NCBI GenBank assembly: GCA_965242755.1
Contig: OZ251500.1
Location: 2,625,339-2,689,338, forward strand
DNA: 64,000 nt
DNA from: Dehalococcoidia bacterium
Lineage (GTDB): Bacteria > Chloroflexota > Dehalococcoidia > Lucifugimonadales > Australimonadaceae
Reading direction: 5' to 3'
Positions 57,747 to 64,000 of the stretch are shown here, in pieces. Each line of letters opens with the position of its first letter. Position 1 is the first letter of the stretch. A program made the translations under genes and the position numbers. Under the pieces are notes generated by a model. The model was not told where the DNA came from. It did no database searches and saw only the letters and a list, made by a program, of their open reading frames with translations.

Positions 57747-58159
57747 ATGGATGAGGAGAATCGTGACTCTCAGGTTGCTCGCCAAGAGAACCGCCCCGAG
57801 GTTCCGGATGCGGGTCTTACCGTCAGAGTAGACCAGTTCCAAGGTCCGCTTCCCCCGCCTGACTTCTTTGAGCAGTACGAGGCGACGCTTCCGGGCGCAG
57901 CATCCTCCAGATGGCCGAACGCCAAGCCTCTCACCGTCAAGGGGCGGAGACGTTTGCGCTTGCGCGCGAATCGCGGCGGGCGGATATGGGGCTAATACTG
58001 GGCACTGCGGCGGCGGTGGAGGTTCTCGCTCTCGCCCGATACGCATTCTTCTTGGGAGAGCCCGTTATCGGCGGGCTCGTCGGCGTCACGCCGATCGCAA
58101 GCATTGTGGGCGCGTACCTTCACGGCACGCGTGTGAAGAAGCGCACTCAAGAGGAATAG
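57747..58159 (+). pseudogene. DUF2335 (phage-associated membrane protein) with a frameshift near 57900
   Basis: Frame A gives ...PPPDFFEQYEATLPGAAS. Frame B (the 57911 ORF) continues (I)LQMAERQASHRQ..., followed by two TM helices. Together they reproduce the DUF2335 pattern PPP..L..YE...PGAA.RIL.MAE.EQ.HR. Confidence 0.65.
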
Positions 58160-58165
58160 CGGCGC

Positions 58166-59710
58166 CTAACCTCCGGCAAGCGAGGACTGATACGACTGCG
58201 CGACGCGCCGGTCGTACTCCGCTTGCGCCACCGCCGACGCTCGCGCCAAGTTGACGAGCGGGCCGTAGTTCCTCCCCAGCGTCGTGTTGCGGTCGCGCAA
58301 CTCCTGCAGCGTCATCTTGTGCTGCTTCTCCCGGTTGCACGGCTCGCACAATATCGAGCGGTTCGGCAGTTCGTTGGAGCCGCTCGACCAGCGCGACTCG
58401 CGGTGGTCAAGGTGAAAGTAGCGCTCGTCGTTCTGCGGCGGATTGAATCCGCAGCCCCAGCAGTTGTAGCCGAGCGCGTCCAGCAGGAACCGCTTCATGA
58501 TCGGTTCGGGGATTTTCGACGCGGGAACCTTGTAGCGGCGCTCCGGCAGCGGCTTGATGTCCTGAGCGGGAACGGGGTCTTCGTCCGTCCGCTCCGGCAA
58601 ATCGTTGGGCGAGCGCAAGACGACGTCGGCGGCGGCGATGAGCGCGGGGCTTTCGCCTTGCCCTTCGCCGTTCACCGAGTAGCGGAACTTGCCGAACTGG
58701 CGGCGCAGCACGGTGAGCGCGCGCGGGCTGATGTCGCAGGCGATCCACTGCCGCCCGTTGCGCTCGGCGGCGACGGGGACGTAAGCGCAGCCCGCGAAGC
58801 AATCCAGCACGACGTCGCCGGGGTTCGCGCTCGCCTTGACGATGCGCTCCGCGAGGGCGACGGGCTTCTGCGTGGGGTAGCCGGTGCGCTCCTTCGCCTG
58901 CGAATTGAGGTAGGAGATTTCCCACACGTCGCGCATCGCCTTCTCGCGCGTCGTGTCGTCGGTGTAGGTCTACTCGATCTTGCCGGCGGGCGTGAACGTC
59001 GTGCGCCGACGCCCTTTGTGCTGGGATTTCTCGCTGTAGGGCTCGGTGAGCCGGTTGAAATTCGTTTGGGCGGAGTCCTTGGCGTAGAAGTAGATGGTGT
59101 CGTGCATCCTCTGGAAGTGCTTCGTCGCCCCCGTCCACCGCTGGTATGACCAAACCAATTCGTTCCGCAGGTTCGGCGAACCGAATATGGAATCCAGCAT
59201 TATGCGGACATAGGAGTTGACCGCGTAGTCGCAGTGGAAATAGAGGCTGCCCGACGGCTTCAAGATGCGGTGAATCTCGATGAGCCGAATGGACATATAG
59301 GCGAGGTACGCCGCGTGCGCCTCGTCGTGGGCCGACCGGGTCGCCTCTATCGTCTTGGAGAGGGCCGGCCAATCCGAGTTCATCTTGGCGATCCAGTCCT
59401 CGTGGACGTCCTTGTCCCACCGCCAAATGTCGCTGTAGCGGGAGTCCGCCCCGTCGGGCCAAACGACGCCCGCCGCCTCCGCGTCCACGGCGTTGCGGAG
59501 CCCCCAGCCCGCCAGCATCGCGCGCTCGTTGTCCAACTCCGCCTTCGTCAGGGGAGGCTTCAGCGCGCCCTTCCACGTCTCGTTCTTGGCGAACGGCGGG
59601 TCGATGCACACGAGGTCGATGCTCTCGTTGTCGAGCCGGCGCAGCAGCGACAGGTTGTCCGCGATGAAGAGGTTTCTGTTCAGCGGGTGGGGCGCCGCCA
59701 TTGCGCTCAT
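58166..59710 (-). pseudogene. Second beta-class DNA methyltransferase::HNH fusion, interrupted by a single in-frame TAG (58970-58972)
   Basis: ORF 58970-59710 (IDPPFAKNE..., LKPSGSLYFHCD) and ORF 58166-58936 (TGYPTQKP, VLDCFAGCAY, HNH CWGC...LDH...ILCEPCNREK) are in the same frame. They are colinear with the intact homologue at 35882-37321. Confidence 0.75.
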
Positions 59711-59891
59711 GCCGTCTCCTTGCGCCGCGCGGGAGTCGCCGCTCCCTTAGCGCGTAGCGGGAATGGTAGAGCCGTTTGCGGCCGTATGCAACGAGCTGCT
59801 GTCCCCGGTTAGCGGACTGCGCCCCCGCGCCCGCCCCTCGCCCTCCGCAGCAGCGCTCCCGCGCCCTCAACGCGCGCCCCAAGCGCAACGC

Positions 59892-60407
59892 CTAGCGGCG
59901 CGCCCGGAACGCAGCCGCTCGCTCCGCTCGGGCGTCGGCCCGTTCCCAGTAACGCCTGTTCCTGTTGTTCCTCGGAGGCGGAGGAGCGTCGCGGGGCAAC
60001 TCGCGGTTGGCCTTCTTGAGAAGAGCCAGCAGTTCGGCGCCGTCCTTGCGCCGAATCTTGATCTCCTCCATATCGTACCCATCGGCGTAGAAATTGACGC
60101 GCAGGTTGTTCACGCTGTCGAACAACAGCCGGATTCTGTCGTCGCGCATCAGGTTGGCGATATGCCCGATGATGACTCCGGCGTCCGCGTGCGCCGCATA
60201 CGGCCAGTTGCGCGGCGCGGCGACCGTCTTCAAGGCGTGGGCGACCGCCCCCCAGACCTTCTCGGAGGCTTGCAGCCTGTCGCCGTTCTTCACCATCAAG
60301 CCGGAATGCTTGTAGAGAGCGTCCCGATGCTTGCCGTGCGGGGTGGTCGGCTGCTCGACGTCGCCTACCTCAACAACCCTTACGGAGTCTCGCGCTCCTT
60401 CGACCAT
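59892..60407 (-). CDS. PaREP1-like (HEPN-superfamily) protein
   Basis: NGDRLQASEKVWGAVAHALKTVAAPRNWPYAAH......LLFDSVNNLRVNFYADGYDMEEI matches the PaREP1/PaREP8 pattern (AsEK.WgA....K..A...gw...sH......A..LH.NFY). ATG at 60407 with GAGGAGG SD. Confidence 0.6.
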   Translation of the reverse strand: MVEGARDSVRVVEVGDVEQPTTPHGKHRDALYKHSGLMVKNGDRLQASEKVWGAVAHALKTVAAPRNWPYAAHADAGVIIGHIANLMRDDRIRLLFDSVNNLRVNFYADGYDMEEIKIRRKDGAELLALLKKANRELPRDAPPPPRNNRNRRYWERADARAERAAAFRARR

Positions 60408-60509
60408 CCTGCGCCTCCTCATCACCAGAATACCACGAAAGCGGCGATGAATCGGGTAATCTACCGCCCTTAGCCGTTGCGGCCGCGCCCAGAGACAGAC
60501 AAGAGCCCA

Positions 60510-61418
60510 ATGACCACCGCCCTATTCGCCCCCAACGAGCCGCTCGACCTGACGAGTTCGCTCACCTCCGGCCAGTGCTTCCGGTGGCGCGTTGACGACG
60601 CGGGGCGCTGGACGGGCGTGCTCGGCGGCGACGTCGTTCGCATCTCGCCCTCGCCCGGCGGAGCCTTCGCCGTCGAGAGCGCGCCGTCGCCCCCGGACGA
60701 GACGGCTAAGGCGCTCGCCGCCTACTTCCGCATCGGCGACGACCTCGCCGCCGTCCAACGGCGCATCTCTTGGGACGAGCGCGTCCGCGAAGGCGTCGCC
60801 GCCTACCCCGGCATGCGCGTCCTCCGCCAGGAGCTGTGGGAGACGCTCGCCGCCTTCATCCTCTCCTCAACCTCCAACATGCCCCGCATCAGCCGCACGG
60901 TCGAACTGCTCGCCGAAACCTTCGGCGACCGCGTGACGCTGAACGGCGCGTCGCGTTGCGCGTTCCCTCCGCCCGAGCGGCTGGCCGAGGCCGGCGCGTC
61001 GAGGCTCCGCGAACTCGGCTGCGGATTCCGCGCGCCCTACCTGGCGGAGGCCGCCGCCGCCGTCGCATCCGGCGCCCTGCCGCTCGACGCCCTGCGCGGG
61101 GCGCCCTACCCCGACGCGCTCGCCGCTCTCACGTCGCTGCGCGGCGTCGGCGACAAAATCGCCGACTGCGTGATGCTGTTCGCGCTCGACAAGACGGAGG
61201 CGTTCCCCATCGACCGCTGGGCGCTCAGGGTTCTGCGCGATTGGTGCGGGCTGCCCGCCAACGTCAAGTACGCCGAGGCCCGCGAATGGGCGCAGAGCCG
61301 CTTCGGCGCCGACGCCGGCTACGCCAACCAGTATCTCTTCTGGCTCGTCCGCCAATCCACGCGCCCGCTCCGATCCATCGCAACCATTCCCCCGCCCCCG
61401 GAACGCCGCGAGCGTTGA
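60510..61418 (+). CDS. ogg: 8-oxoguanine DNA glycosylase / AP lyase (Ogg1-type, HhH-GPD)
   Basis: TSGQCFRWR N-terminal motif. HhH-GPD LRGVGDKIADCVMLFAL...FPIDRW with catalytic Lys/Asp context as in Ogg1. Confidence 0.85.
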   Translation: MTTALFAPNEPLDLTSSLTSGQCFRWRVDDAGRWTGVLGGDVVRISPSPGGAFAVESAPSPPDETAKALAAYFRIGDDLAAVQRRISWDERVREGVAAYPGMRVLRQELWETLAAFILSSTSNMPRISRTVELLAETFGDRVTLNGASRCAFPPPERLAEAGASRLRELGCGFRAPYLAEAAAAVASGALPLDALRGAPYPDALAALTSLRGVGDKIADCVMLFALDKTEAFPIDRWALRVLRDWCGLPANVKYAEAREWAQSRFGADAGYANQYLFWLVRQSTRPLRSIATIPPPPERRER

Positions 61419-61525
61419 GCGCAAACGCCCCTTTACGCGCCGCGCTCCAATGGTGTAGACTTGCGCCACCGGGCGCGGACGGCAGGCCGCGCGCTCGGAA
61501 TCACGAAAGCAGGCAGGCGCGCGAC

Positions 61526-62098
61526 ATAGCTAAAGAATACCGCGTCAACGAACGCATCCGGACCCCGCAAGTCCGGGTCATAGACGAGCATGGCGAGCAG
61601 TTCGGCGTTATGGCCACCGCCGAGGCGCTGAAACTCGCGCGGGAGCACGATCTCGATCTCGTCGAGGTCGCGCCGAACTCCGACCCGCCCGTCTGCCGCT
61701 TGCTCGACTACGGGAAGTTCCGCTATCTCCAATCCACGAAGGAGCGGGAGATGCGGAAGTCCCACAAGAACGTCGGGCTCCGCGAGGTGCGCTTCCGCCC
61801 GCGGATCGGGCGCCACGACATCGAGGCGAAGGAGCGCCTCGTGCTGAAACTGCTGGACGAGGGCAACAAAGTCAAGGTGTCCGTGATGCACCGCGGGCGC
61901 GAACTCGATCACCGCGAACTCTCGGTGGCTCTCCTCAAGCAGGTGCACGAGGCGGTCAAGGACGACGCGAAACTGGAGCAGGCGCCGAAGCAGGAGGGGC
62001 GGTTCATCAGCATCGTCCTCGCCCCCGACAAATCCGTTCCGACGACGCGCCGCGAGCAGGCGGCGCAGCCGACCGAGGAGAGCGAAACCGATGCCTAA
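61526..62098 (+). CDS. infC: Translation initiation factor IF-3 (probable non-AUG ATA start)
   Basis: (I)AKEYRVNERIRTPQVRVIDEHGEQFGV...PPVCRLLDYGKFRY is colinear with IF-3. There is no in-frame ATG/GTG/TTG between 61490 and the conserved N-terminus, and the only near-cognate codon there is ATA at 61526. Confidence 0.8.
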   Translation: MAKEYRVNERIRTPQVRVIDEHGEQFGVMATAEALKLAREHDLDLVEVAPNSDPPVCRLLDYGKFRYLQSTKEREMRKSHKNVGLREVRFRPRIGRHDIEAKERLVLKLLDEGNKVKVSVMHRGRELDHRELSVALLKQVHEAVKDDAKLEQAPKQEGRFISIVLAPDKSVPTTRREQAAQPTEESETDA

Positions 62099-62294
62099 GA
62101 TGAAAACGCACAAGGGGGCGGCGGCCCGTTACCGCGTCAGCGGCGCGGGCAAACTCCTCCGCATGAAGCGCCACTCCAGCCACCTCCGGCGCAAGAAGCC
62201 CCGCTCCGTCTCCCGAACCTACAGCGACACCGTCGCGGCGGACCCCGGCTCCCGGAAGCGGGTGGCCACGCTCCTCCCCGGACTCAAGACGTAA
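62091..62294 (+). CDS. rpmI: 50S ribosomal protein L35
   Basis: [36 protein letters not shown]. Overlaps the infC stop. Confidence 0.95.
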   Translation: MPKMKTHKGAAARYRVSGAGKLLRMKRHSSHLRRKKPRSVSRTYSDTVAADPGSRKRVATLLPGLKT

Positions 62295-62364
62295 GGCCCG
62301 GACTCAAGACGCAAGGCCCGGCCTCAAAGACGTAAGGCCCGGGCCCGGCCTCAAGACGCAAGGA
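62278..62364 (+). repeat. Four tandem ~20-bp repeats (CCGGMCTCAAGACGYAAGGC) spanning the rpmI stop to the rplT Shine-Dalgarno
   Basis: Units at 62278, 62298, 62318 and 62345. The first contains the rpmI stop codon and the last supplies the AAGGAG of rplT. Confidence 0.85.
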
Positions 62365-62373
62365 GAGATTACG

Positions 62374-62736
62374 ATGGCGCGCGTCAAACGCGGCGTAACC
62401 GCCCACCGGCGGCACAAGAAGACGCTCAAACTCACGAAGGGGCATCGCGGCACCAAGCACGCGCTCTACCGCAGGGCGCACGAGTCGCTGCTCCACGCGC
62501 TCGCCTACGCCTACGCGCACCGGCGCGAGCGCAAGGGCGATATGCGGCGGCTCTGGATCGTCCGCATCGGGGCGGCGGCCCGCGAGCATGGCCTCTCGTA
62601 CTCGCGGCTGATGCACGGCCTCGCGCTCGCGGGCGCGGAGATCGACCGCAAAGCGCTAGCCGACCTCGCCGTCGCCGACCCCGCCGCGTTCGGCGTCCTC
62701 GCGGACAAGGCGCAAGCGCAACTCGCCGCCGCTTAG
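62374..62736 (+). CDS. rplT: 50S ribosomal protein L20
   Basis: [26 protein letters not shown]... Confidence 0.95.
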   Translation: MARVKRGVTAHRRHKKTLKLTKGHRGTKHALYRRAHESLLHALAYAYAHRRERKGDMRRLWIVRIGAAAREHGLSYSRLMHGLALAGAEIDRKALADLAVADPAAFGVLADKAQAQLAAA

Positions 62737-62973
62737 CCGCGGACCGGGGCGCGCCTCAGGCGCGGCAGCCTGGCGGACATCGCCTGCGCCGACTCGCCTA
62801 CGCCGGCGCCGAGCGCCAACCCCGTCCTCTCCTTCCGGGAGAGGGCAGCCGCGAAGCGGCGGGTGAGGGTTGCGGCGGCGCGTAAGCGCCAAGACGGCGC
62901 GGAGCGCCCCCCCATCATCCCCGCGAAAGCGGGAACCTCCCTGCGCCTGAGTTACGCAAACGTCTCTGCTAGA

Positions 62974-63597
62974 ATGGCCGCTATGTTCAGCGCCCCACCA
63001 GCCCCCGCCGCCGCCAAGTTCGGCGAGGTGATCGAGGCGTCCGTCGAACGGCTCACCGGGCAGTGCCACGCGCTCTACGGCGCGCCTCCGCTTGGGGCGC
63101 TCGTCCGCGCGGGCGACGCGATCTTCGCGCTCGTGGACGGCGTCGGCACCGCCGCGCTCGATCCGGGCAGGCGCGTCATCGCCCGCGGCGCCGATTTCGA
63201 CTCGGAGTCGGACGTCTACGCGGAGCATCCCCAGTTGGAGCGCCTGCTGCGGACCGACGTCACGCTCACCGTGGTCGGCCGCCGCGAGGGAGGCCGCGTC
63301 TTCCGCTATCTGCCGCCGTCGCCGCCGCGCATCCACACGTTCCTCTACGCCTGCTCCCCCGACGAGACCGCCGCGTTTATGGAGCCCGCCGATTGGACGG
63401 CCATCCTGCTCTCTGGCGCGCTCCCAACCGCCGACGACGTCATCGCCGCCGCCCTGCGGCAGGCCGCGCCCTGCTTTCCCGATCCGCGCGCGTTTCTGAT
63501 GGGCGCGTGCCGCCTGATCGCCGCGCAACTCCCCGCCGACGCCGCGCGCCTCGCCGCAATTATGCGCCGCCTCCCGCTCGACGAGCCCGCCCTATGA
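62974..63597 (+). CDS. Hypothetical protein translationally coupled to HerA-like ATPase (possible HAS-barrel-like N-terminus)
   Basis: ATG at 62974 lies after a REP cluster. FGEVIEASVERLTGQC...GALVRAG.AIFALVDGV resembles a HAS-barrel. The stop overlaps the next ATG (ATGA at 63594). Confidence 0.5.
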   Translation: MAAMFSAPPAPAAAKFGEVIEASVERLTGQCHALYGAPPLGALVRAGDAIFALVDGVGTAALDPGRRVIARGADFDSESDVYAEHPQLERLLRTDVTLTVVGRREGGRVFRYLPPSPPRIHTFLYACSPDETAAFMEPADWTAILLSGALPTADDVIAAALRQAAPCFPDPRAFLMGACRLIAAQLPADAARLAAIMRRLPLDEPAL

Positions 63598-64000
63598 CCG
63601 ACGGCGCCGCCAACAGCAACGGCGTCGAGCCGGAGCAAGAGGCGCGGGAGCGCGTCGGCGCGGTCGTGGGCGGCTCGCTCTCGCGAGGGCTCGACGTCCG
63701 CCTCGAGGCCGCCCCCGCCGTCGAAAACGTCAAGGTCGGGACATTCGTAACGATGCAAGGGCGGCTCAACCGCTTTTTCGGCATCGTGACGGATCTGCGG
63801 CTCGACAGCAGCGATCCGCGGGCCGGGCTTGCGGTCGCGTCCGGCGGCGCCGCGCTCGCCGAGGCGCTCTCCGGGACGACGGCGTACTCGACGGCGTCGG
63901 TGTCGCCGATGCTCACGACGAGCGCGGAGGGCGAGGCACCGCAGCCGGCGAGGTCCCTGCCGCCGCACTTCGCGCCCGCCCACCGCGCCTCGCCCGGCGA
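63594..64000 (+). CDS. HerA/DUF87-like ATPase, N-terminal (HAS-barrel) part; continues beyond window
   Basis: The ORF is open to the window end (not in the track because no stop is reached). RVGAVVGGSLSRGLDVRL....VKVGTFVTMQG.LNRFFGIVTDL is typical of the HerA N-terminal barrel. Confidence 0.55.
   Translation, partial: MTDGAANSNGVEPEQEARERVGAVVGGSLSRGLDVRLEAAPAVENVKVGTFVTMQGRLNRFFGIVTDLRLDSSDPRAGLAVASGGAALAEALSGTTAYSTASVSPMLTTSAEGEAPQPARSLPPHFAPAHRASPG

Overview
This is a high-GC (~68-70%) bacterial chromosomal window. The YYY-domain membrane protein, korAB, thyX and class I aldolase fit Chloroflexota, but taxonomy is only an inference. I found no rRNA, tRNA or CRISPR array.

The backbone is housekeeping: gap, a 1457-aa DUF2298/YYY membrane protein, rdgB, moaA, an RNase HI-MoaC fusion, an M20 amidase, sulfite reductase, two paralogous SDRs, gcvH-gcvPA-gcvPB, leuB, lpdA, korAB, thyX, an amidohydrolase, class I FBA, cca, a HelD-like helicase, dinG, ogg, infC-rpmI-rplT, and the start of a HerA-like ATPase.

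Several accessory islets interrupt this backbone:
- 8.8-11.9 kb: a solitary 1040-aa MmeI-like nuclease-methyltransferase.
- 13.6-21 kb: an IS5-family element with a derived MITE and REP-like palindromes, next to a low-GC block encoding a frameshifted TolB-like beta-propeller, an RCC1-repeat lipoprotein and a plant-type LRR lipoprotein.
- 23.0-25.2 kb: a HEPN two-gene cassette, a possible Nmad3-like protein and a TIR-like (DUF1863) protein.
- 34.4-40.7 kb: between leuB and lpdA, the leuB 5' end is present three times as ~170-bp direct repeats. These delimit modules carrying a HEPN protein plus a beta-class MTase::HNH fusion, a Dam-like MTase, and a decayed Dam-MTase/type ISP-like helicase remnant.
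- 57.4-60.4 kb: a second MTase::HNH (in-frame amber) next to a PaREP1/HEPN-like protein and a frameshifted DUF2335 gene.

The least explained signal is a ~290-bp element present twice in inverted orientation (12.03-12.32 kb and 27.34-27.60 kb). It has conserved -35/-10 hexamers, then six or seven GTCTCA cores phased at 10-11 bp, then a complementary UGAGAC at the start codon. It sits in front of the amidase and sulfite reductase genes.

Many long ORFs in the six-frame track are GC-driven shadow ORFs and were not called. All family assignments come from motif recognition by eye and need HMM or BLAST confirmation.
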